Shown here: piece after piece, positions 25,829-36,739 of the stretch
Layout: the number at the start of each line of letters is the position of its first letter
Numbering within the stretch: position 1 is the stretch's first letter
Made by a program: the position numbers and the translations under genes
The notes under the pieces: model-generated
What the model was told of the DNA's origin: nothing
The model's database searches: none
The model's input: only the letters and a program-made list of their open reading frames with translations
Origin: Octopus bimaculoides
Taxonomy: Eukaryota
Assembly: GCF_001194135.2 (NCBI RefSeq)
Contig: NC_068983.1
Coordinates: 135,604,210-135,668,209, forward strand
Reading direction: 5' to 3'
DNA length: 64,000 bases

Positions 25829-26195
25829 ATTATTACCTCCACCTTAGCAAAGGCAGGGGTATTGTTTTCAGTCATGTTTGTTTGTCCATGGACAAGATAT
25901 CTCAAGAACCGCTGGATGGATTTGGATGAAACTTTCAGACATGTTTGGCCTCGTGACTGGCATGAACTGATTAGACTTGGGGATTGATCTAGTACCGGAC
26001 AAGGATTCTGGATTGTTTTTCTGGGTTTTTTACTTAATTTTTGAGAGCGGTCAGGTTCGTTTTTAGCATTCTCGTTTTTGAGAGCAGTCTAGTTTATTTC
26101 AGATATTCTCATTTTTAAAAAAAATCATCTCTGGCTAATCATTGAGAGGACACATTGATGGTGGAGGTTTGCGCTCTCTGAGTGCTCTTGTTTTT
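25829..26195 (+). mobile_element. Helentron-type non-autonomous element (HINE/DINE-like)
   Basis: Subterminal inverted repeat ACCTCCACC (25835-43) / GGTGGAGGT (26160-68); 3' stem-loop GCGCTC-TCT-GAGTGC; T-rich flanks; GATGGATTTGGATGAAACTT core. Confidence 0.65.
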
Positions 26196-26207
26196 ATTAC
26201 TATTATT

Positions 26208-26432
26208 ATAAAGGCAGTGAACTGGCAGAATCATGAGCATGCCAGGCAAAATGCCTAGTTACATTTCATCCATCTTTGCATTCTGGGTTCAAATACTGCT
26301 TGGGTCTTTGCCTTTCATCCTTTTGGGGTCAATAAAATAAGTACCAGTTGAGCACTAGTGTTGATGTAATCGACTTAGCCCCTCTCCCCAAATTGCTGGC
26401 ATTGTGCCAAAATGTGAAACCATAATTATTAT
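26208..26432 (+). mobile_element. Family A SINE, near full length (best reference copy)
   Basis: A-box-like TGGCAGAATCATGAG, B-box-like GGGTTCAAATAC, central TTGCCTTTCATCCTTTTGGGGTCAATAAAATAAGTACCAG, (ATT)n on both sides. Confidence 0.9.
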
Positions 26433-26744
26433 AAAGTTATGAAGATTGACCTAACTCTTCATGAAAGTAAATACAGAATAAGAATAGTGTGACATGATTT
26501 GTAACAGTGATTATTCATTGAATTAAACAATATTTTGACAATATGTCCGTCTTCCTCAGGTTCAAAATGAAAAATATGCAGAAATACAGAAATTCAAAAT
26601 TTGAAATGGAATATTGTGTTCCTTTTTGAGAAAAGGACATCAATTTCTACTTTTACATTTTGGACCCAAGAAAGATATACTGTTGAAATATTGTTCACTT
26701 CAATAAATAGGACCAATATCTATTATAAATTGTATCATGCTCTT

Positions 26745-27065
26745 ATTATTATGGCATGAGAGAACAACGCATACCATCAAAGTGATACTGGAGTACAAAT
26801 GTACAAAGCCCAATATACCCATCAGGATTACCAGTTTGATAAGGGTACACCAGGAACATGCATCAGAAACCCGCTCAAAAGGTCTCTGAATAAGGTTTGC
26901 TTAAGGATGATAGCATAACACCCGTATTTCCAGAGGTGAATTATTCAAATCCTAAAGAACCCCTCTCAACACATGGCTATGATGCTCCCCAACTACTGCT
27001 TGTGATTAGAGATGCACATAACATCAGCCACTAAGGGACATGCTCGACTGGTCAAGGTCTACTGT
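26745..27065 (+). mobile_element. Interspersed repeat family D (unclassified)
   Basis: First ~125 bp match the reverse complement of 47935-48055 (CATCAAAGTGA..GCCCAATATACCCATCA..ATAAGGGTACACCAGG). Confidence 0.75.
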
Positions 27066-27594
27066 TACTGTTGCATAAAGTGACACAATATCTTTCAATC
27101 CAATGAACTTAATTCTTTCAAAAGAGAAATTATTCCATTTACCCTAATCGGCTGTTGATTTTCTTTCTCTAAACTGTAGAAAGTCATGTCATACATAACT
27201 AATTACAAACACATTCATACAAGCTATAAAATATGATAAATTATTTTCTCTAAGTCATCACTTAATAGCTCACAAAACTATTCAAATGGAAGGGAAGTTC
27301 TATGACTGCTATATTGACACTAGTGAGATAACTTACCATTGTGATATTTTTGAGATAAGCATTCTTTCAGAATATTTAAACATACTAACAAAAACAGTCT
27401 TTTAGAAACATCATTGTACAAGATATTCATTATTTTGAAGTAGTTATTAGATTATTTTTTGTAGTCAATTGAATTCATCCAAGTATATATCATTTACTTT
27501 ATCAATCCTAACTGACAAACAGTGAAGCTAATCTCAGTAAGATTCAACCTGGAATCCAGAGAGAAGCAAAAGTTGATATAATTTAGATTCTTTT

Positions 27595-27795
27595 CTACTC
27601 TAGGCACAAGGCCCGAAATTTTTGGGGAGGCAGCCAGTTGATTAGATCAACACAACTGGTACTTCATTTATCGACTCCGAAAGGATGAAAGCAAAGTCAA
27701 CCTTGGTGAAATTTGAACTCAAAACTTAAAGACAGACGAAATACCACTAAGCATTTCACCTGGTGTACTAACATTTCTGCCAGCTCGTCACTTTA
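27595..27795 (-). mobile_element. Family A SINE
   Basis: GGCACAAGGCCCGAAATTTT..ACTGGTACTTCATTTATCGACTCCGAAAGGATGAAAGCAAAG..ATTTGAACTC. Confidence 0.88.
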
Positions 27796-28009
27796 TGTAT
27801 AATGTATTTAGATAAATGCTCTACGATTTCTGCCAAGTCTACTGTCTTCTATTGGCAAAATATTGCAAGATAAATTTCAATATTTCTATGTATTAAAAGG
27901 CAGTAGGGGGGTGGGGGTGGAATGAAATGTTCTGAGTGTTGGATTAAATACACATTAGTATTTACATCTAACCTATTTTTTTATCTTAACTTTTACTTGT
28001 TTCAGTTAT

Positions 28010-28340
28010 TGGACTGTGGCCATGCAGGCATACTGCTTTGAACGGTTTAGTTGAACAAATTGACCCTGATATCCTATTGGTTTCTTTACCAAAACTGCTC
28101 GGCTACAGGGACAGAAACAAATCAACACCAGTTGTAAACTGACAGTGGTGGGGGACATATACAAACACATATATACATATGTATATAACAGACTTCTTCA
28201 TGGTTTTTACCTTCCAAATTTGTCCAAGGCATTGGGTGACCTGAAGTTGTAGAAGGCACTTATCCAGAGTGTCATGCAGTGAGACTGAACCTAAAACCAT
28301 GTGGTTCCAAAGTGAGCTTCTCAACCATACATCTAAGTGT
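28010..28340 (-). mobile_element. Family B SINE with non-RTE tail
   Basis: GCAGTGAGACTGAACCTAAAACCATGTGG head; tail TTGTTTCAGTTATTGGACTGTGGCCATGC. Confidence 0.8.
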
Positions 28341-28714
28341 GTGCTTATGTTCAAATCCCTTCAGAGTTGGCTTTGTGTTTCACTCATCCTCCCATCATAA
28401 AATACCAGTTATATACTAGGTGTCAATTCATTTAACCATAGCACTCATACAAATTTATAGCCCACTGTTATCATTTTAAGGTCCACTTTTCTGAGCTTGC
28501 ATAGGTCAGACTAATATAAGAAATCAATACTTATATGTAAACCATACTAAACACAATGTCTGGAGTAATATTTGTGGGGGAGGGGCATTTTTATAGCAAG
28601 TTTTTTTTCTTGAAAACGAAAACTTAATAGAATATCGCTGTGCAATGATAATATTTCAAGGGTTATGCTATTACATACAAGGGTTCTAACGAAAAAAAAA
28701 TTTTCAGCATTAAT

Positions 28715-28900
28715 TTCTTACACTGGCACAAGGATGCAATCTATAGGGAGTGAATTAATTTGGGTACCCACCTTTATTTTTAATCACTCCAGGAGAGATC
28801 AGAGGCAAAGTTAACTCCTGTGACTTTTGATCTCAGAATGTAAAAAGATATAGCTACATACATGAAGGTGCTACTGACAATTAGGTCATCCACTGTCCCC
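28715..28900 (-). mobile_element. Family A SINE, degraded
   Basis: ACACTGGCACAAGG..AGAGGCAAAGTTAAC..TTTTGATCTCAGAATGTAAA. Confidence 0.6.
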
Positions 28901-29684
28901 TTTCAAACTAATATAGTCAGCTAATGGCACTAATAAATGGAAGTACAACAGGCTGTGAGAAGTAGCAACTACATTACCAGCTTTCAAATGTAACATTACT
29001 AATATACACTGCAACTCACGTAACATGATCAAGTTGACTCAATAACATTTGTGTGAGAGAGACAAAGAAAGAGAACAAAAGGGCAGAGGAGGGGGGAGAA
29101 TTGGTTGGGGGGGGGGAAGAAATGAGATGAGAGAGAAGTGGATATTGGAGAAAGAGACTAAATTTACAAGCAGGAAACGGGTAGGACACTAATAGATAGT
29201 GAACACTAAAAGGTTAAAATTTGAGTAGGTTTGAGTATGTTCAGATATCCTTCATTTAGCTGCAACAGTCTTTAGTAAACTGTAGTAAAATGGCTTCACA
29301 GTGAAAACACATTCTGAATTCAGTGTATATTTTTAGGCCAAGAATAAAAAAAAGAAAAATCCAGGAGTCCTAAAAAATTTATTCAGACTTGAGTTTTAAT
29401 ATTCTCATACATTCATTATTGTTAATTGTCCTACAGTATTTGTTTTTTCTTTCATAAAATATTCATTACTTTTCTACTAGACATAATGACATCAATATCA
29501 AAAAAAAAAAAAAAAAAATCCTTAACCTGTTGTGACATCTTTTGAAGCAAAGGTATCCTCATTCCCAAAACCAAGAATGTCTTTGCACATTCATCATACA
29601 GCTTGGAATCTCTTCAGCCTCCTAAACTTCAGAACTTTGAAGTTTCTCATCATCAATTTTGGACACAAGTTTCATGACAATTCT

Positions 29685-30260
29685 AGTGGTGAGAGTGACC
29701 AAAATGTGTCTGTGCAACTTGGGTACAATAAATATCACTAGGTATATTGTTCGGCACAGTGGTTTATCAATAAATTATCTCCCAAGGTGTATACATTTTG
29801 CTGTTAATGTGTACCATCTAAGAAGATCAACCTGTCTGACCTTGGCAACTGCTCACCCCTTCCAACAGCTTGAAGGCAGTAAAAAAGTCATAAGCAATAA
29901 ACTTCATTACCTTCAGTCACTTCCCCATTCAGTATCACCAATACTATTTTCATGCATCCAGCTGTACAAGTGCTCTTTTTTCTTGAGAATTCAGCAAAAA
30001 CAATGCAGTTGCCATCAATTAATTAAAGCTTTTAATCACATCAGGTATAAAAGAACATCTTAGCTAAGATGCTTGCTTATAGGATCCATTTGTGTCAAGT
30101 TTTGCATCAAAAGTTTCTGATTAGATCATTCCACTAACAGTGTGTACTGATGAAGCTTTCACTTACCTGATCAATTCTGGTGTCCGAAGTTTCAATTATA
30201 ACTTTTACGCTAATTTTCCCCTGTTCACTGATGCTGTCTCTTCTCAATGATTACACATAT
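29685..30260 (-). mobile_element. Highly degraded mariner-like transposase remnant
   Basis: Weak hand matches: RRDSISEQGKISVKVII (HTH), SWMHENS, RSDRLIFLDGTH..LGDN (C-terminus); many stops and frameshifts. Confidence 0.35.
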
Positions 30261-32053
30261 GCAAAACCACCCTTATATCTCCTTATCTTCTCACAAAAAA
30301 CCAAGGCACCTTTTGCCAGGTATTAGAAACATCTTTTACTAAGAACATGACAACTTAATCATCCTTAACAGCAAGAACTCAAAATTACTACACACATTAA
30401 AGAAACAACTATGCCCCTCACACCCTCTGTAAATATGAAGTACAGCTAATCATGAGCAAGAAGAGAATTGAAGGTTTGCAGTTTGGAGGATGAATTGTCA
30501 GGAAAATAGTCTATAGTACGAGATCTGGGTGGGTGGGAGTAAGACATAGTAAAAGGAGAATTGATAACTTCTGCTGGATGGGCCAGAGTGGAGGAAATAT
30601 GTCACTAGTTCAGAGGCCATTGTAATATAGAAGCAGCAGTAAAAAGAAAGTGTGTCTGTAATTCTTTGTTAATCAGCTGTATAGTTTTCTTGTATATTAC
30701 TTAGTGATAATACAAATGCTACACTAAATCTCCGATGAACTCTCATGGTGGCCAAAAGTATTACCAAAAGTGCCTCCACTTAAGGACAAGAGTACTTTGG
30801 TTCCAATCATTTGCTAACAACCAATAAAGCTAAGATATAACTCAGAGTACAGCTCATATACTTGAGATAATGTGCTGCTACACGATGCACAAACACATAC
30901 AAAACTACAGAGCTGATTAGCAAAGAACTATTTATACACACAATTCTCTTTGCATCTTCTACCTCTGCCACTGCATCTCAAGTAGCTAGCTACATATTTC
31001 TTTCATCCAGGTCCATTTAACATACCCATCTATTTTCCTTTCACAATCCTCACAATTAACCCCACTAAATTCTCATCCTGCCCACAATTTCCTAGCAGAT
31101 GCTGAACTCCAGATATTCCAAGTCAACATCAATCTGGGAGCACTTGCAAAAAGCTATGGTACTGCCCCACAGATTAAAAATAAAATGAAGAAAAGCCACA
31201 TACACAAATGAGAAGATCAAGTATTAAGGTACAAGTTTATGCATCTTGAGTTCAAATCCAATCCTGTTGTTTTGTTATTCATTTGGGCAGTATATTTAAT
31301 TCAACATTAATTCAGTTCATCTTGCTGTTGGGGAAACGAGATATTCTGGGAATGCCACTTACATCCCAGTGGACTATTCAGAAGGTGATTTACAGCACTG
31401 ACATAAGGCCATAAAACACTAATACAGATGTGATGATAAGTGACATACAAGTTTGCCTTATAACACATTGATTCTCTACTCCTTGTAATCATTAACATTA
31501 TTGAACTTGCCAACATTCTTGCCTTACTTTTATTTCTCAAACCTTCAGTGAAACTTATTGTGATTGCTCATAGAAACATATACAAGATGATGCATATCTC
31601 TTGCTCATTAAAGCATTTGTTTTATGACTGATAAGATGAAACATACAAAATCAACATGCACAGTTAGTATCTAACAAAATCAACATACATAGTTAGATCC
31701 TTAATCTGATCTTACTGGCTTAACCCTTTCATTACTATATTTCTGACCAAAATACACCCCTCATGAGTTTCAATTAAATTCTAAAATAATCATGAATTTA
31801 GACTAGTCTCATTAAACACCTTAACTTTTTTTATTTATCAACATATTAATGTGATATTTGGAACATAATTAAAGAAAGGGTTCTTAATCAATTCTATTGC
31901 ATAATTTTTGTCTCAAAGTTCTCCACGTACTTTGGTACTGCAAGTGTCTCTCACATGTAAATATTGGTTCAGCTTCACAAATCGTACTCGTTCATAATAC
32001 TGGAAATATATTCATCGCCAAAAGGTTCCTGATCGCTCCAGTAATTTGTTATT

Positions 32054-32598
32054 NNNNNNNNNNNNNNNNNNNNNNNNNNNNNNNNNNNNNNNNNNNNNNN
32101 NNNNNNNNNNNNNNNNNNNNNNNNNNNNNNNNNNNNNNNNNNNNNNNNNNNNNNNNNNNNNNNNNNNNNNNNNNNNNNNNNNNNNNNNNNNNNNNNNNNN
32201 NNNNNNNNNNNNNNNNNNNNNNNNNNNNNNNNNNNNNNNNNNNNNNNNNNNNNNNNNNNNNNNNNNNNNNNNNNNNNNNNNNNNNNNNNNNNNNNNNNNN
32301 NNNNNNNNNNNNNNNNNNNNNNNNNNNNNNNNNNNNNNNNNNNNNNNNNNNNNNNNNNNNNNNNNNNNNNNNNNNNNNNNNNNNNNNNNNNNNNNNNNNN
32401 NNNNNNNNNNNNNNNNNNNNNNNNNNNNNNNNNNNNNNNNNNNNNNNNNNNNNNNNNNNNNNNNNNNNNNNNNNNNNNNNNNNNNNNNNNNNNNNNNNNN
32501 NNNNNNNNNNNNNNNNNNNNNNNNNNNNNNNNNNNNNNNNNNNNNNNNNNNNNNNNNNNNNNNNNNNNNNNNNNNNNNNNNNNNNNNNNNNNNNNNNN
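32054..32598. other. Assembly gap (N run)
   Basis: 545 N. Confidence 1.
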
Positions 32599-32756
32599 GT
32601 GGAAAAAAATCTTCCAAACTTCACTGAGTTCAAATATCACGCCAAACAATGTTGGAGACAATAACTCAACTGTTTGCAAAGTGAAATCAGGTGTTTTAAC
32701 GAACGTACTAATGAGATTTGGGTTCAAATATACATTTAAATAACAATGGGTACGCT

Positions 32757-32900
32757 CGGCCGGGTTAGTCTTATGAACCAAAAAATTTTTCAGCCAGTTA
32801 CGGCCGGGTTAGTCTTATGAACCAAAAATTTTTTCAGCCAGCTACGGCCGGGTTAGTCTTATGAACCAAAAATTTTTTCAGCCAGCTACGGCCGGATTAG
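32757..32900. repeat. 44-bp subterminal tandem repeat, 3 units plus a partial
   Basis: CGGCCGG units start at 32757, 32801, 32845 and 32889. Confidence 0.95.
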
Positions 32901-35601
32901 TAACGAAAGGGTTAAGCCCAGATTAGCGAGAGTTATGCAATCTTCAACAATTTTAATCTCAGCTCCTTTTAGCTGTCAATTTTCACCGAGGAAAGAAAGA
33001 TATTGTAAAGGGGTTCACTTATGAACAGAGTCATCTGGTATAAGGTTGATATGGGGGTGGACAAGGTTTTAGCATGAACAGATAACTCATTACTAGAAAT
33101 GTCATGATGAACAAATCCATCCCACTTTATCATTGCAGTCAGCAATAAATAGGACATGCAACCATAAAAACATGCAATGAAAATTTCATGAGATGCATTG
33201 TAACTAAAAATACCATCATATATGTTTACAGATTAAAGAAAGCCAAGAAATAAACAGTCAAGACAATCTTGACAGAACTGGTAATGTTGCTGTATCAAGA
33301 TTAATGCCAAGATGCAACATTGTTGATCTGTTGTAACCTATGTCTGCATGGGAAAAACCAACGTAAAACTTATGGTGATAAAAAAAAAAAAAGTAGCAAT
33401 ATGTTAATTATCTAAAAGGTAATTTAAGGGTAAAACTTCTCTAATTCATAACTAATGAATTAAGTTTTAACTTTTTCAATGAAAGGAAAGAGAGAATAGT
33501 CTGTCAACTGACATGTCTAATATATTAGACTTTATCATGCTGGAAAAATTCAGATCTATGAAGAAGTTAACCAGATGGAGTAAACCACTTCATACAGCTT
33601 TCTATCTACATAAGCTGCTTTGCCCTCAGGTTAAAAATTTACATACGAAATGGAGAAATCGTCTTCAATATTTTAAGAAGACAATATTGAAAAGTGTTGT
33701 AGTGGTGGATGTAGTAGTAGCAGCAGCAGTAGTAGTAGTGATGAATCTTCATTATATACAAAAGAGTATTTCTTCTTTATTCCTCATCAGTAATGCAGTT
33801 TGAATGTAGATTCCTAATAGATTGAAAAGAATCTAATAATAAATTAAAATGAAATTTCAGCACAAAGCAGAATAAATAATACACCAGTATTGTAGCAGTA
33901 AAAGCTGAATATATGAAGAAGAATTACATCACTTCAATGCACAATTTAATTTGGATATTTATTGAGGTGCTAACTAAAACTACAGCACTTTATCGTCAAT
34001 AAAACCAGTGGAAAATATTCTGGCTCAATGCTTTTTCTTTATATAATTTATGCCTTCTTCTTCCTTATAAACCAGGATTTAAAATGACTGAAGTTTGAAC
34101 TCATTACCATGTGGTAACACAGAAAAATGTAATACATTTGCAAATTTACATACTATATTGTTATAAAATAATAGCAAAAATAATAGCCTTACTGTATAAA
34201 ATGCATTAAGTAGTATAAAGTCCAAATTTTTCTCAAGGGCATTAACAATCTCAGTGAAAGTAATTGTCAACCGGGAATAAAAGTGAGGTTATAGACTAAG
34301 TTCCCTATGAACTTCCCACTGCAACATATGACCAACCATAACATGCAATTAAGTAATGAAATAAATAATCTACACCAAATCTAACCAGATTTAGAGTAAA
34401 ATATGTTAAAAGAAACATGAGTAGTATATGTATAAATGAAACTGACTGAACTAGCAGTGCTTGTTAATCTACTTATTCAATATTTGCAGCTGAGAACACC
34501 CTTGCATCAGCATTGAACAATCTATTTTCAAAAGGAATAATGAAGAATTTATCATCAACATGACAAAACACTGTATTAGCATAGCATCCAAATACATTAT
34601 AACTTTAACTAGCAGCAGATGGAATGAATAAGTAGCCAAAGATATGTTTTATGTCAGCTGGCTGACTATAGTCTGATTTCAATACTTTTTACATTTTTTT
34701 TTTTTTCATATATTAAATACATGAAAGATAAACTACCAACATATGGTGACAAGTATGACAGGCATTATAAACAACTTCAAAACAGATTAATTTACCACTT
34801 AAATTAATTTTACATTACCAAGAAAATACTGCTAAAATAGTCATGTATTTTGAAAACCAAAGCTACAGTGTATTATGAGATCTTTGGGTAGCAAGTATAT
34901 AATCAAATAATTAAAAAAAAAAAAAAAAAAAAAAGAATGCGAAAGACAGTGTGGGAACAAAAAAGTTGGAAAGCTGAGCTAAATATATAAAGAAACAATA
35001 GCCACATTCTGATATTAGAGCAAGAAACTAAGATGATCAAGCAGTGCAAGTAGCTAAAAGATGGTTGGATGTTTGTAGAAATTATGAGCCAATTAGGGGC
35101 ATTAGTTTGAGAATCTATCATGGTCCTGTGAAATAGACAATGATGTGCATGTTAATCTGTAAATTGTTGGCTTACAGGTCTTAATTTGTATACTGATAAC
35201 AGTACTGTATAACAGGGCACAGTACTTTTACCAATCCACCTTGGTGCATACTACTAGAATATATATTCAGTTGTTCATCTGGGAAATTAACTTGGAATAT
35301 ACAAGTGTTTTAATCAGGAATAATTTTTATCCTTTCTATACTTTAGTGTATTTTGGGGAACTCAGAATAAGCAAGAAATCTTTGTATCACTGTAATGTGT
35401 AAAAGATTAATCTTTACTTTATCAAAAGAATACACAGGTTTACTTGTTCCGTCTAAGCCAACATACACATACTCCTCCTCCCCACCATCTCATGATTGTT
35501 ACTAAGTTGTAGAAAATGTATCTATAGCTCTTGCAAGGATTTTATTTCAAGAGTTTATACAGCTTAAATATAATTGCTAATCGAATTAAAAAGGCTTTGT
35601 C

Positions 35602-35651
35602 AGAGAGAGAGAGATAGATAGAGAAAGAGAGAGAAAGAGAGAGAAAGAGAG

Positions 35652-35689
<38 letters not shown>

Positions 35690-35690
35690 G
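35602..35690. repeat. (GA)n/(GAAA) compound microsatellite
   Basis: Direct inspection. Confidence 0.95.
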
Positions 35691-36739
35691 CATTTTCAAC
35701 TGCTTCATCTCTAACATCTACAATTTATTTTCTTCTAACTACATAATTCACTTTGCCTCACAGACAAACTCTATTATACATGCCACTTCCATTCAAATAA
35801 CATATCACTTTCCAATAATTTTTGTATATCATGCCAGTTATTTCTAGTATTAATATCCTTGTTTTTTGTTAATAACATTACCAAGTAGCAATTCAACTCT
35901 GTATCCACTATCTACATTTCAAAAACTTAGCATGGAAGAATGATCACAAAAGCAACAGATGGTCAGAATAAGAATGGCAGAGAATATCAACAGAATCTAA
36001 TCATACATAAGAGAGCTAAAAGAAATTGTGAAACTATAGAATCCAACAAATGCCATTATGTGACAGATCCAAAAATAAACTGCTAATAGAAAAAAAGACA
36101 AAAAAACTAATAAAACAATTGCAGTCCTTAGACAGAAAGAGAGAGAAAGGGAGACCTTTCCTGCAAAATATGATTTTCTTTTAAGTAGGAAATGATCTAT
36201 TTAGAATAAACTGGAAAACTTATTTCTTAGTAATGAGGAAACGACAGATTTGTTTTCATTTACATTTCAAAAGCAGGATAACAATCTTAAAATGACAAAA
36301 ATCAAAAACATTTCAAAGATTATGAGTTTCTAAATCAAATTTGTTTATCCAGACATTATATTGCGAAAAAGAAATATATTTTTTTTTAAATGAACATGTA
36401 TCAAATTTGGATTACCAAAGAAGGAAACAATAAATATGAGACTGATCTCTTTCATGAGAGCAAGCATTACAATATCCTTATATCAATAACAGCTGATATA
36501 CAATTGGTTTAATTTTTCCTACCTAACCTAATAGTCAATGTTCAACATTAGCTAAAAATACAAAATACTTATGCCCTACTACATGCTAAGCAATTTTAGA
36601 GACTATGGAAAGTTGAAGGACCAGTATTTGAACAAATCTTACACTAACAAAGAAGCCTCTTCACTTGTTCTTCTCTCTCTCTCATATCATTTCAACTAAA
36701 GTTTGATACTGTGTGTGTGTGGCATTCTACAATCACTAG

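Larger units (their letters stand above)
31720..32915 (-). mobile_element. piggyBac-superfamily internally deleted element, copy 2 (contains N gap)
   Basis: TTAA TSD at 31720-23 and 32912-15; same TIRs and ~97% similar arms to copy 1 by eye; transposase remnant ITNYWSDQEPFGDEYISSIM, then a frameshift into RVRFVKLNQYLHVRD. Confidence 0.92.

Noticed and set aside
30166-30250. Exon ending at a perfect CAG|GTAAGT donor (minus)
   Set aside because: No credible acceptor, an upstream in-frame stop, and the sequence fits a decayed mariner HTH region better.
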